Origin: an uncultured Bacteroidales bacterium
GTDB taxonomy: Bacteria > Bacteroidota > Bacteroidia > Bacteroidales > Marinilabiliaceae
Direction of reading: 5' to 3'
Assembly (NCBI GenBank): GCA_937892255.1
Contig: CALAUL010000016.1
Location: 6,419 to 70,418, forward strand
Length of the DNA: 64,000 nucleotides
In this document: positions 48,736 to 58,835 of the stretch, piece after piece
How positions within the stretch are numbered: position 1 is the first letter of the stretch
How the letters are laid out: each line of letters opens with the position of its first letter
The notes under the pieces: model-generated
The model's database searches: none
What the model was told of the DNA's origin: nothing
What the model saw: only the letters and a program-made list of their open reading frames with translations
Translations under genes and position numbers: made by a program

Positions 48736-51093
48736 ATGAAAAGAGTACTGCTACTGCTATTTAGTATTGTCTCATTGTCGGTAACAGCACAGAAACTGAT
48801 ATCTGGCAGAGTGTTCGAACAATCAGGGCCGATACAAGGTGCGACGGTGGTGGTAGAAGGCTCTACGTTTGGCACGGTAACAGACATTAACGGTTATTTT
48901 TCATTAGAATGTGGAGGAGAATTGCCCGTTACTTTGGAGGTGCGATTTCTCGGCTATGAGGATTTGCGTGTGGAGATCGACGAATTCTCGTTGTTGGAGT
49001 TGGAGATGAAACCTCAAAATCAAGAGATAGAAGACATAGATGTGGTGGCTCAAAAGAGAGCTTCCGGATTTGAGAGCATCGATGCTAAAACGGCACTTGA
49101 ATTTGCGAGTGTCTCGGGCGGTATAGAGTCAGTGGTGAAGTCGCAGATGGGCGTTAGCTCTAATAGCGAACTTAGCACGCAATACAGAGTTCGAGGTGGA
49201 AACTTCGACGAGAATATGGTTTATGTTAATGGCGTAGAAATATATCGTCCTTTTCTTATAAGAGCTGGAGAACAGGAGGGCTTGAGTTTTGTGAATCCCG
49301 ATATGATAAATTCTTTGGAATTCTCTTCAGGAGGTTTTGATGTGTCGTATGGAGACAAAATGTCGTCGGTGCTCGATGTCGTATATAAAAGACCGATAAA
49401 ATGGGCAGGTAGTGCCAGACTGAGTCTATTGGGAGCATCGGTACATATAGAGGGAACAGCTGCAAATGGTCAGTTGTCACACATCACCGGACTGCGTTAT
49501 AAGACAAACAAATATATGCTTGGTTCGATGGATACCAAAGGGACGTACGACCCACAGTTTTTTGATGTGCAAAGTTTTTGGGTTTTGAATATCAGCAAAA
49601 AAGTTCAGATGAACCTATTGGGATACTATGCAAAAAATCGTTATCAGTTTGAACCCAAGGATCGAGAAACGACATTTGGAACAATCTCTGATGCGAAAAA
49701 ACTTAAAATTTACTTTGCCGGAAATGAAGATGATAGCTATCATACGGGGGTAATTGCTACATCAGTTAAAGTTCAGATAAATAGTGACAACGGAGTTGAA
49801 ACCACAGCATCTATGTATAGAAGTATGGAACAAGAGAGTTATGACTTGTTGGGAGAGTACTGGTTGCAACAAGCGGAGTCATCTTCTACTGAAGAGGAAA
49901 TAAGTGAAAGCGAGGGAGTGGGCGTTGGTGGATATATGGAGCACGCTCGGAATGAGCTCTTCGGCGAGATATATACGGTGTCGGTGAAAGGCGAACATAG
50001 AGTGGAAAAACACAGCATAGCTTGGGAAGCAAAATTGCAAAAAGAACATTTCAATGACTATGTAGATGAATGGGAATATCGTGATTCGGCTGGATATATA
50101 GCGCATTCGTCAACAGGAGGTATAGATTTTGCAAGAGTGACACGAGGCGAAAATGATTTAAATACAAATCGCTTTTCGATGTATATAAAGGATGATTACG
50201 TACGCAATATGGGCGAAGGTCTTCTGTCATTGAGCTATGGAGTTAGGACTTCATATTGGTTGGGAAACGATGAATGTCTGTTTTCTCCTCGCATATCTGT
50301 CCGATATTCAAAAGGGAAGAGCGTTTATCGTTTGGCCGGTGGAGTTTACTATCAGTCTCCATTTTTTAGAGAAATGCGTCGAGAAGATGGAACTATGAAT
50401 AGAGATGTAGAAGCACAACAATCGTGGCAAATAGTCGGTGGTTCGGACTTCTTTTTTACGGCAGATGACAGACCGTTTAAGTTGACAATAGAAGCATATT
50501 ATAAAGGACTTTCAAAACTTAATCCGTATAGTGTCGACAATGTCAGAGTGCGTTATATGGCAAACAATTGTGCCAAAGGATATGCTGCGGGTATAGACAT
50601 GAAGATAAACGGAGAACTTGTTGAAGGCGTCGAGTCGTGGGCGAGTATCTCGTTTATGCGCAGTGAAGAAGACCTTGACAATGATGAAACAGGATACATA
50701 CCACGTCCAACAGACCAGAGAGTCTCTTTTTCGATGTTTTTGCAAGACTATCTACCATCAAATAAGACAGTGGGAGCATCGCTAAGTTTGTATCTGTCTA
50801 CAGGATTGCCTTTCGGACCACCTAAGGGCGAAAGATGGCAAGCCGTTAATCGCATGCCGGGATATAAACGTGTGGATTTAGGACTCTTTAAAGACTTTGG
50901 CAAACGGTCAGATGGACAATATAAATATAAGTATATTAAATCGTTCAGGTTGGGATTAGAAGTTTTTAATCTGTTCGACTTCAGTAATACAATATCGTAC
51001 TTTTGGGTAACAGATGTAAAAAACAGGCAGTATGCGGTGCCTAACTATTTGACGGCACGAAGAATAAATGTTAGATTATCTGCCGAATTTTAG
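48736..51093 (+). CDS. TonB-dependent receptor with carboxypeptidase-regulatory-like N-terminal domain
   Basis: Signal peptide, ISGRVFEQSGPIQGATVVVEGSTFGTVTDINGYF, a plug region, and a C-terminal ..VRLSAEF aromatic end. Confidence 0.8.
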   Translation: MKRVLLLLFSIVSLSVTAQKLISGRVFEQSGPIQGATVVVEGSTFGTVTDINGYFSLECGGELPVTLEVRFLGYEDLRVEIDEFSLLELEMKPQNQEIEDIDVVAQKRASGFESIDAKTALEFASVSGGIESVVKSQMGVSSNSELSTQYRVRGGNFDENMVYVNGVEIYRPFLIRAGEQEGLSFVNPDMINSLEFSSGGFDVSYGDKMSSVLDVVYKRPIKWAGSARLSLLGASVHIEGTAANGQLSHITGLRYKTNKYMLGSMDTKGTYDPQFFDVQSFWVLNISKKVQMNLLGYYAKNRYQFEPKDRETTFGTISDAKKLKIYFAGNEDDSYHTGVIATSVKVQINSDNGVETTASMYRSMEQESYDLLGEYWLQQAESSSTEEEISESEGVGVGGYMEHARNELFGEIYTVSVKGEHRVEKHSIAWEAKLQKEHFNDYVDEWEYRDSAGYIAHSSTGGIDFARVTRGENDLNTNRFSMYIKDDYVRNMGEGLLSLSYGVRTSYWLGNDECLFSPRISVRYSKGKSVYRLAGGVYYQSPFFREMRREDGTMNRDVEAQQSWQIVGGSDFFFTADDRPFKLTIEAYYKGLSKLNPYSVDNVRVRYMANNCAKGYAAGIDMKINGELVEGVESWASISFMRSEEDLDNDETGYIPRPTDQRVSFSMFLQDYLPSNKTVGASLSLYLSTGLPFGPPKGERWQAVNRMPGYKRVDLGLFKDFGKRSDGQYKYKYIKSFRLGLEVFNLFDFSNTISYFWVTDVKNRQYAVPNYLTARRINVRLSAEF

Positions 51094-51113
51094 AAATAAA
51101 AAAACAATTCGAT

Positions 51114-51707
51114 ATGTTCGTAGCTCGCAAACAACGCAAAGAAAACATTGTAGAGTACATGCTCTACATGTGGCAAGTCGAAAATCTCATACGTGCCAAC
51201 GGCTTAGATATGTCTAAAATTGACGAAACGATAATCAAAAAGTATCAAGTAGAGACAGAAGAGCAGTACAAAGAGATATATGAGTGGTGGGATAATCTTA
51301 CAGAAATGATGCGTTTGGAGAAAAAAGAAGAACGAGGCCATCTGCAAGTCACGCAAGGCTTGATGAATGATGTATACAATTTTCATCTATACCTATTGAC
51401 TCAACCCGAGGAAGCTGCTTATCAGAACGCATTTCAAACAGCATGGTCAGATCTTTCTGTGCTCGAAAAGAAGATACCACAAGTGGATAAACTACATCAT
51501 ATAGAACTTGCACTTACCGGCATATATGACTATTTTGTGTTGAAACTTCAAAAAAAAACAATCCTTGCAGATACAACAAATGCAATTATGCGTATCAGTC
51601 GATTTATGGGTATGCTGAGCGCTAAATATCTAAAAGCAGAAAGAGATTTGGATAAAGAGCTCAATACCAATGATGAAGGAACGTTGACGGATGTGTCGGC
51701 AAAGTAA
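51114..51707 (+). CDS. DUF4924-like protein
   Basis: ENIVEYMLYMWQVENLIRA matches my recollection of the conserved DUF4924 N-terminus. Confidence 0.55.
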   Translation: MFVARKQRKENIVEYMLYMWQVENLIRANGLDMSKIDETIIKKYQVETEEQYKEIYEWWDNLTEMMRLEKKEERGHLQVTQGLMNDVYNFHLYLLTQPEEAAYQNAFQTAWSDLSVLEKKIPQVDKLHHIELALTGIYDYFVLKLQKKTILADTTNAIMRISRFMGMLSAKYLKAERDLDKELNTNDEGTLTDVSAK

Positions 51708-51864
51708 TAATATCACTCCGTGCGTAAATAAGAGTTCGGAAAAAGTCACACTTTTAAAGGTGATAATAAAGCGAAGAATCAGGAAAAAACACAGCTTTAA
51801 CAGAATAATCGCCTTTTTTTTAAGTTTTTTTCTTGATATGATTGGTGTATATACGAATAAAATA

Positions 51865-51872
51865 TATATTTG
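51865..51872 (+). promoter_or_regulatory. candidate -7 promoter element TATATTTG with TTG at 51842-51844 (20-nt spacer)
   Basis: Exact TAnnTTTG, 73 nt upstream of the 51945 start. Confidence 0.4.
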
Positions 51873-51944
51873 CGTGATAAAAAAGCACACTTACGTGTTT
51901 AGACAATTAAGAAACAAATAAATACTATTGAAATTAGATTTACT

Positions 51945-53672
51945 ATGAAACAAATGAGATTCAGTCTTTTTGGTTCGATAGCATTAGCTGCTGTAATGGC
52001 GAGTTGTGCTAGTTTGGACAAAATGAAAGAAGCAGCAAAGCAGATTAGCTACAAGGTGACTCCGGAAGTATTGGAAACACATCGTGGTAAAGTTGCTATG
52101 TCGTTTAAGGCAAATGTTCCGGCTAAAATGTGGGACAAGAAAGTTGTAGCTGATATTACCCCTGTACTCGTGTACGATGGAGGTGAAGCTGTTTATCCAT
52201 CTATCTCGGTTCAAGGCGAGAGCGTTACTGGTAATGGCCAAACAATTTCGTATGTAAATGGTGGTCAGATCAACTATGAAACAAAAGAGATCGAGTTCAA
52301 CGACAAAATGCGCGTATCAGACCTTATCGTACGTATCAAGTTTACAAAGGGAGATGAAAGCATGGAAATTTCATCTAAGGAACTTGATATGCCGGCTATA
52401 GCTAAGGGTGTAATTGCGACATCAACTCTTCTTGGAGATGAACCTGCGGTTGCAGTTTTAGGTAAAGACAAATTCCAACGTGTAATTCCAGAAGAAGCTT
52501 CAGCAGAACTTATCTATCTTATCAACAAGGCTGACATACGTGGCGGAGAACTTAAGAAAGATGACGTTAAAGCAATCAATGATTATATCGCTGCTGTTAA
52601 GGCCGCTGAGAATAAAAACTTTAAGGATGTAGTTGTATCTGCATACGCTTCTCCTGATGGTGCAACGGATCTCAATACAGGTCTTGCTGCTAAGCGTGAA
52701 AATTCAGCAAAGAACTACATCGAAAAGCAGCTTAAGAAGGCTAAAGCAGAGGCTAGCGTTGTAGCAAAGAATACTCCTGAGGATTGGGAAGGTTTCAAGG
52801 TTGCTATGGAAAAGAGCGAAATTCAGGATAAGGATCTTATTCTCCGTGTCCTTTCTATGTACACAGACCCAGACGTTCGCGAGAAGGAAATTAAGAACCT
52901 TTCTGCAGCGTACAAGGCTATTGCAGAAGAGATTCTTCCTCCATTGCGTCGTTCAGTTATCACAGTAAATGCTGAGCTTATCGGAAAGAGCGATGACTCT
53001 ATCAAAGTTCTTGCAATGGAGAATCCGGCAGCTCTTAACGTAGAGGAACTTCTTTACGCTGCTAAGCTTTTCGCTGACGATGCGACAAAAGAAGCTAAGT
53101 GCTTCGATGCTGCAGCTGCACAGTTCCCTAACGATTGGAGAACAATCAACAATCAGGGTGTTGTAGCTTACGAAAAAGGGGATATCGCAGGTGCTAAGGC
53201 TAAGTTTGAGGCAGCAGAGAAAGTTCAGGCAACAAACGTAGTAGAGAACAACCTCGGTGTAATTGCTCTTGCAGAGAAAAACTACGAGAAGGCTAAGGAA
53301 TATTTTGGTAAGGCAGCGGGTGTAGGTCCTGAGTTGGACGAGAACCTTGGTGTTTGCGCACTTCTTGAGGGTGATTACGAGAAGGCTGCTTCTTACTTCG
53401 GTGCTTCTACTTCATGCAACTCTGCATTGGTTAAGATTCTTACAGAAAAGTATGATGCTGCTATCAACACATTGAACGCAAATGATGATGAGATTGGTTT
53501 GAAATACTATCTCAAGGCAGTAGCTTTCGCTCGTAAGATGGAGAAAGACTCAGTGTTTGAGAACTTGAACAAGGCTGTTAAACTTGATTCTAAGTGGAAA
53601 GACTATGCTAAGACTGACATGGAGTTTGGCAAATATTTCGAGGATGCTACTTTCAAGGGTATCGTTGAGTAA
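51945..53672 (+). CDS. lipoprotein with degenerate OmpA-like segment and C-terminal TPR repeats, probably abundant
   Basis: Lipobox VMASC. YASPDGATDLNTGLAAKRENSAKNYI resembles the OmpA-C-like core. TPR-like repeats (GDIAGAKAKFEAA, KNYEKAKEYFGKA, GDYEKAASYFG). Codon choice (gct, ggt, gtt, ctt, aag) resembles tuf. Confidence 0.65.
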   Translation: MKQMRFSLFGSIALAAVMASCASLDKMKEAAKQISYKVTPEVLETHRGKVAMSFKANVPAKMWDKKVVADITPVLVYDGGEAVYPSISVQGESVTGNGQTISYVNGGQINYETKEIEFNDKMRVSDLIVRIKFTKGDESMEISSKELDMPAIAKGVIATSTLLGDEPAVAVLGKDKFQRVIPEEASAELIYLINKADIRGGELKKDDVKAINDYIAAVKAAENKNFKDVVVSAYASPDGATDLNTGLAAKRENSAKNYIEKQLKKAKAEASVVAKNTPEDWEGFKVAMEKSEIQDKDLILRVLSMYTDPDVREKEIKNLSAAYKAIAEEILPPLRRSVITVNAELIGKSDDSIKVLAMENPAALNVEELLYAAKLFADDATKEAKCFDAAAAQFPNDWRTINNQGVVAYEKGDIAGAKAKFEAAEKVQATNVVENNLGVIALAEKNYEKAKEYFGKAAGVGPELDENLGVCALLEGDYEKAASYFGASTSCNSALVKILTEKYDAAINTLNANDDEIGLKYYLKAVAFARKMEKDSVFENLNKAVKLDSKWKDYAKTDMEFGKYFEDATFKGIVE

Positions 53673-53693
53673 TCAAGAGTAGACAAATAACAA

Positions 53694-53725
53694 AAAGAGC
53701 AAATCTTCGGATTTGCTCTTTTTTT
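53694..53725 (+). terminator. intrinsic terminator
   Basis: aaagagcaaatc (53694-53705), ttcg loop, gatttgctcttt (53710-53721), then a T run. Confidence 0.85.
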
Positions 53726-54189
53726 GTGTATTCTTTGTTTAGTCCTATCATAGCGTTACACTAAAAGTAATTATTGATGCCCGCTAAAAAATAAAATCGA
53801 TAAAGAACGAGTTCGCACTGCAGATAAATAAGCGTTGTATACATATTTTTTAGTAAGTCCCTCTATGCTTCATATCCTTCTTTTTAGCGGATAGTCGTTC
53901 TTGATAACAAAATAAAGCTACATAATTGAACTATTTTCTCCATATTCTGCTGATAAAGGCTTCCAGAAGCAAATTTTTGGGAAACTTATTTTGCATTTAT
54001 GAGTTCGTTTTTGTGTACAGCCGATGGAATTAGCAGAAAAAAGTAATTAGGGGCATACTTTTAAAAAGACAACACACTATCGCATATATTCAGCGATTGA
54101 AAGCAATTTCTTTGATAATAAAAAGTTTTACCGGACGGCAATAGTTTTGAGTGATATTGTGACGGTGCTTGTCAAGAGAGGAGAACGTC

Positions 54190-54582
54190 TTACTCCTCGT
54201 CTTCGAGAAAATGGCACAGAGGTTTGATATAACATTCGTTCCACCCGTCGACTATTTCTTCGTAGTCGCAATCTGGAATATTGGTGTGAGTGATTGAAAG
54301 TTCGCTTTTTGATGCTCCTTTTGGTCGGATGTAGAAAGTGACTATAGATTGCGGATTGTTATCGCCGAAATACCATTCTTGTACAATGCGTTTATTTTCT
54401 TCAAACTCTTGATTCATACCGCAGATGCTTCCATCCATAATCTCAAACTCTGTATTAGGCTCGGTACACATAATGGCAGGTTCTCCGGTCCATAATTCGA
54501 TAGCAAAAGGTTTGGTGAGTGCGTCGTAGACCTCTTCCGGTAGAGCGTTGATTTTGATGTGTTTCTTAAAGTCCTTAGGCAT
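54190..54582 (-). CDS. SRPBCC / Aha1-domain family protein
   Basis: 130 aa. INALPEEVYDALTKPFAIELWTG is typical of the AHSA1/SRPBCC N-terminus. Confidence 0.7.
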   Translation of the reverse strand: MPKDFKKHIKINALPEEVYDALTKPFAIELWTGEPAIMCTEPNTEFEIMDGSICGMNQEFEENKRIVQEWYFGDNNPQSIVTFYIRPKGASKSELSITHTNIPDCDYEEIVDGWNECYIKPLCHFLEDEE

Positions 54583-54808
54583 GTCAGTTGTTCTTTAGTG
54601 AAAAATCATTTTGAGTTTATTTGTGTATCATGGGTTTAGATGTTGTATCTTGATTAACGTTGATGAATGCTATCAGACGCCGATTTCAAGCAAGTTGGAA
54701 GTTTTTTCGTTTTTGCAGATGTGTAATCGTGCAATAAATTCAAAACAGTCTCTTTATCCCAAGATTATATCGCAAAAATAATAAACTTTTGTTTATTTTT
54801 GCCACATA

Positions 54809-57505
54809 ATGGAATGTGAAGTGGCAAGGAAATATTTCATATTATTTATTGGATTGCTCTATTTTGTTGTAGGGTGTGCTGCGCATAAAGGAGTGGAAGA
54901 GTCGGAACCCCGGGTCGTGCTTGGAAATTCTCGTTTTGACCAGTACGTTGATTTTTTGCAGGGTAAGCGAGTTGCGTTGGTTGTTAATCAGTCGTCGTTG
55001 GTTGGAGACGTGCATTTATGTGACACGTTGTTGGCTTTGGGGGTGGACGTGAAAAAGATCTTTGCTCCTGAGCATGGCTTCAGAGGCACGGCAGATGCCG
55101 GAGAACATATAAAGGACGGGAAGGATTCGAAAACGGGAATTGAAATTGTAAGTCTGTACGGTAAAAACAAAAAGCCTTCTGAAATTCAAATGCAGGGTAT
55201 AGATGTCGTATTGTATGATTTGCAAGATGTGGGAGTTCGGTTTTATACATATATTTCTACTATGCATTATGTGATGGAAGCGTGTGCAGAGTTGGGAATT
55301 AGCATGTTGGTGCTTGATAGACCAAATCCTAATGGAGATTATATTGACGGACCTGTGTTGGAAAAGGATTGTAAAAGCTTTGTGGGTATGCATCCTATAC
55401 CTATAGTGTATGGTATGACATGTGGTGAATTGGCTTATATGATAAATGGAGAGGGTTGGTTGGCTAATGGGGTGAGGTGCGATTTGAAAGTGGTTCAGAT
55501 GTTGTATTATCAGAGGGAGAATCGATATGAATTGACTGTAGCTCCGTCGCCGAACTTAAAGAGCTACGATGCAATACGACGTTATCCGTCGCTCTGCTTC
55601 TTTGAAGCAACAAATGTCAGTGTAGGACGAGGGACAGACAAGCCATTTGTGATTTATGGCTCTCCGTATATTCATTCTGGCGAGTTTAAGTTTACACCGC
55701 AACCGGTTGAGGGTGCAAAAAATCCGCCATTTAAAGGGAAAGAGTGTAGAGGATATGATTTGTCGACGGAACTTGATGAACAGCGAATTAATTTATCTTA
55801 TTTGTTGGATGCATACAAAGAGATAGGAGATACGTTATTTTGGACTGATAAGCGTTTCTTTGATTTGTTGGCCGGAACTAAAACATTGAGGGAACAACTG
55901 CAGATGGGTCTTTCAGAAGAACAGATAAAGGCCTCGTGGCAAGAAAACCTTGACGCTTTCAAACAGAAGAGAAGTAAATATCTTTTGTATGAAACGCAGA
56001 AAGCACAGCAGGTGGCACCTATAGATTGGGATACCGCAGTAACTTCAGAGTGGATAGACTCCACACTTATGCGGATGACGTTAGAAGAGAAAATTGCGCA
56101 ACTTGTGTGGGTAACGATAGGACATACTTCGAATGAGCGAGACATAAATAATGTAAGACAAAACATAGAACAATATGGAGTTGGCGGCGTTCTCCTTTTG
56201 CAAGGAAAGACAACGAGTGCCATGGGTATAACGGCGATGCTGCAAGGTTGTTCAAAATTGCCGTTGCTTTTTTCCGCCGATGCGGAAAATGGCTTGTCGA
56301 TGAAGTTCTCTCAAGTCGTGGATTTCCCTAAGAATATAACTTTAGGGTCGTTGCCAGAAGTGTCGCTTATAGAGCAAATGGGGCGCAGTGTCGGCAGACA
56401 AATGAAAGAGTGTGGCATACAGGTTAATTTTGCTCCCGTTGTAGATGTCAACACCAACCCGTCAAATCCGATAATAGGGGTGCGTTCATTTGGAGAAAAC
56501 CCACATAGAGTTTCGCAAGCTGCTCTTGCGTATGTAAGAGGTTTGCAGTCAGAAGGATGCGTGGCTGTGGTAAAGCACTTTCCCGGACATGGAGATACAA
56601 GTCAAGATTCCCATACAAGTTTGCCTTTTGTCAGCACAACAAGAGAGAGAATGGACAGTGTTGAGTTGCTACCATTTCGCACCTGTATTGAAAATGGAGT
56701 CATGGGAGTCATGAGTGCGCATCTGAATGTACCGGCATTAGACAAGACTGTGAAGTCGACAAGCGTGTCGCGACAAGTATTGGAGGTGCTTTTGAGAGAA
56801 GAAATGGGCTTTAAGGGACTTGTGGTTTCTGACGCCGTGAATATGGACGGTCTTAAAATAGCTACGGCAGGAACTAATGTCGAAGCCGCCTGTTTAGAGG
56901 GAGGAACTGATGTTGTGGAATTTTCTTTAGATGTCGAGTCGGCAATAAATTCGGTGAAAGAGAAAATAGAAAAGGGAGTTTTGACGGAATCGGAGATTGA
57001 TATGAAGGTGAGACGAGTATTAGCCGTTAAAGAGTGGTGTGCCAAATATGCACGTCAAGAGAGCGGAATGAGAGGCCAGGTCAATAGCCTTGATGCAGAA
57101 TGCTTGTCAGATATGATATTTAAAAAGAGTGTTACCATCCTACAGAATAATAATTTGGAGAGTCGAGATGTTAGAATAAAAACTTTTGGAGAGTGGCCTG
57201 AATTTGCAATAAGCCAAAATGATAAAGAAAATCAGATTATTTGGTTGTTGGTTGACGAAAAGAGTATATCTCAATACAATGAATATATAGAACGATTGCC
57301 ATCGCAGAGCAAGATAGTTGTGATGTATTTGGGCAATCCGTATAAGATAAAGCGAATGAAAATAAGAGATACTGACGGTTTTGTCGTGATGTACGAATCG
57401 ACACCGCGAGCAAAACGTGTAGCCCAGATGTATGTAATCAAACGTTTCGAGGCATGCGGAATAATGCCTGTGACGGTAGGTAAATATAAAGAAGGTATAA
57501 ATTAA
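54809..57505 (+). CDS. fusion lipoprotein: DUF1343 (NamZ-type exo-beta-N-acetylmuramidase) N-terminal half plus GH3 NagZ-type beta-N-acetylhexosaminidase (two-domain) C-terminal half
   Basis: Lipobox FVVGC. DUF1343 block FAPEHGFRGTADAGE..LYDLQDVGVRFYTYISTM..VLDRPNPNG. GH3 block from about residue 410 with KHFPGHGDTSQDSH, followed by an alpha/beta C-terminal domain. Confidence 0.8.
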   Translation: MECEVARKYFILFIGLLYFVVGCAAHKGVEESEPRVVLGNSRFDQYVDFLQGKRVALVVNQSSLVGDVHLCDTLLALGVDVKKIFAPEHGFRGTADAGEHIKDGKDSKTGIEIVSLYGKNKKPSEIQMQGIDVVLYDLQDVGVRFYTYISTMHYVMEACAELGISMLVLDRPNPNGDYIDGPVLEKDCKSFVGMHPIPIVYGMTCGELAYMINGEGWLANGVRCDLKVVQMLYYQRENRYELTVAPSPNLKSYDAIRRYPSLCFFEATNVSVGRGTDKPFVIYGSPYIHSGEFKFTPQPVEGAKNPPFKGKECRGYDLSTELDEQRINLSYLLDAYKEIGDTLFWTDKRFFDLLAGTKTLREQLQMGLSEEQIKASWQENLDAFKQKRSKYLLYETQKAQQVAPIDWDTAVTSEWIDSTLMRMTLEEKIAQLVWVTIGHTSNERDINNVRQNIEQYGVGGVLLLQGKTTSAMGITAMLQGCSKLPLLFSADAENGLSMKFSQVVDFPKNITLGSLPEVSLIEQMGRSVGRQMKECGIQVNFAPVVDVNTNPSNPIIGVRSFGENPHRVSQAALAYVRGLQSEGCVAVVKHFPGHGDTSQDSHTSLPFVSTTRERMDSVELLPFRTCIENGVMGVMSAHLNVPALDKTVKSTSVSRQVLEVLLREEMGFKGLVVSDAVNMDGLKIATAGTNVEAACLEGGTDVVEFSLDVESAINSVKEKIEKGVLTESEIDMKVRRVLAVKEWCAKYARQESGMRGQVNSLDAECLSDMIFKKSVTILQNNNLESRDVRIKTFGEWPEFAISQNDKENQIIWLLVDEKSISQYNEYIERLPSQSKIVVMYLGNPYKIKRMKIRDTDGFVVMYESTPRAKRVAQMYVIKRFEACGIMPVTVGKYKEGIN

Positions 57506-57520
57506 ACAACAAAAAATAAG

Positions 57521-58831
57521 ATGGCAAAAGAAGGCTTTACATCGAGATTTGGAGCAATAGTAACAGCGGCAGGTTCCGCTATCGGATTGGGAAATATATG
57601 GCGTTTCCCCTATATACTAGGAGAGAACGGAGGCGCAGCATTCCTATTTATTTATATATTATTTACTATACTTATAGCAAGCCCAGTTCTTCTAAGTGAG
57701 TTTGTCATCGGACGAATGGCAGGAAAGCCTGTTACAGCTGCATTTAAAGATTTGGCTCCCAAAAAGAAATGGTATTATATCGGTATCTCTGGAGTAGTCT
57801 GTGCATTTATCATATTGTCGTTTTATAATGTCGTGGCAGGATGGACATTGTATTTTGCATACATATCGTTGACAGGCGACTTGTTGTCTCTCAACCGGGC
57901 AGAAATAGAGACGCTGTATCAAAATGTCTCGTCCGAACCTGTTGTCTGTATAATCGGAATGGTGATATTTGCCGGATTGTCGGCATTTGTCGTAATGCGA
58001 GGTGTTGAAAAAGGCATTGAGAAATACAGCAAAATCTTGATGCCGTTGCTTCTTATCATGATAATCATAGTATGTGTTCGAGCACTGACATTAGATGGCG
58101 CAAGAGATGGTGTAGCATTCTTGTTGAAACCGGATTTTTCTAAAATCACTGCGGAATCAATGTTCGTGGCATTAGGACAAGCCTTTTTCTCGTTGAGTAT
58201 CGGCATGGGTGCAATGACAACATACGGAGCATATATCAGTAAGAAGCAGAACTTGGCATCAAGTGTAGTGAGCATTGCAATGATTGACTTTCTCGTTGCA
58301 TTCCTCGCAGGATTGATGATATTCCCGAGTGCATTTGCCTTTGGAGTAAATCCTGGAGAAGGTCCGGGTCTTGTATTTGTAACATTGCCGGGAATCTTTA
58401 ACCAAATGGCGTTCGGGCAACTTGTGTCAATCGTATTCTTCGTTTTGTTGGCTATTGCGGCACTCACATCTACCATGTCGTTGTTAGAGGTGATAGTCTC
58501 ATTCCTTTCTTCAGAGTATGGCATAAAAAGAAAGATGGCAACATTCATAGCTACGTCAATGACAGTGGCGACAGGAGTGGTATGTGCAATGTCTACTACC
58601 GTGTTTAACTTCTTTGACGGATTTTCTGCAAACGTAATGTTGCCTCTTGGGGCATTCTTTATAATACTCTTTGCATCATTAGTCTTAGGAAAAGACAAGC
58701 TAAAATCAGAGTTGGAAGCTCACGGACAAGAGTTTAAGCTCTTTAATGCCTTTTACCTATTGGTCAAGTTTGTAGTGCCGATAGCAATAGGAGCATTGTT
58801 TGTCTATTGTATAATAGGTTGGCTCAAGTAA
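57521..58831 (+). CDS. sodium-dependent transporter, NSS (SNF) family
   Basis: GSAIGLGNIWRFPY motif and about 11-12 TM helices. Confidence 0.9.
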   Translation: MAKEGFTSRFGAIVTAAGSAIGLGNIWRFPYILGENGGAAFLFIYILFTILIASPVLLSEFVIGRMAGKPVTAAFKDLAPKKKWYYIGISGVVCAFIILSFYNVVAGWTLYFAYISLTGDLLSLNRAEIETLYQNVSSEPVVCIIGMVIFAGLSAFVVMRGVEKGIEKYSKILMPLLLIMIIIVCVRALTLDGARDGVAFLLKPDFSKITAESMFVALGQAFFSLSIGMGAMTTYGAYISKKQNLASSVVSIAMIDFLVAFLAGLMIFPSAFAFGVNPGEGPGLVFVTLPGIFNQMAFGQLVSIVFFVLLAIAALTSTMSLLEVIVSFLSSEYGIKRKMATFIATSMTVATGVVCAMSTTVFNFFDGFSANVMLPLGAFFIILFASLVLGKDKLKSELEAHGQEFKLFNAFYLLVKFVVPIAIGALFVYCIIGWLK

Positions 58832-58835
58832 CTGT

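Noticed and set aside
53781-53890. 10-nt inverted repeat separated by 90 nt, considered as a possible MITE or terminal inverted repeat
   Set aside because: The repeat is too short and AT-rich to distinguish from chance, and I saw no target-site duplication or second copy in the window. It is kept only as a detail of the ORF-free spacer finding.
57919-58698. 259-aa minus-strand ORF inside the NSS transporter gene
   Set aside because: It is fully antisense to a well-supported membrane transporter and shows no recognisable motifs, so I treat it as a shadow ORF.
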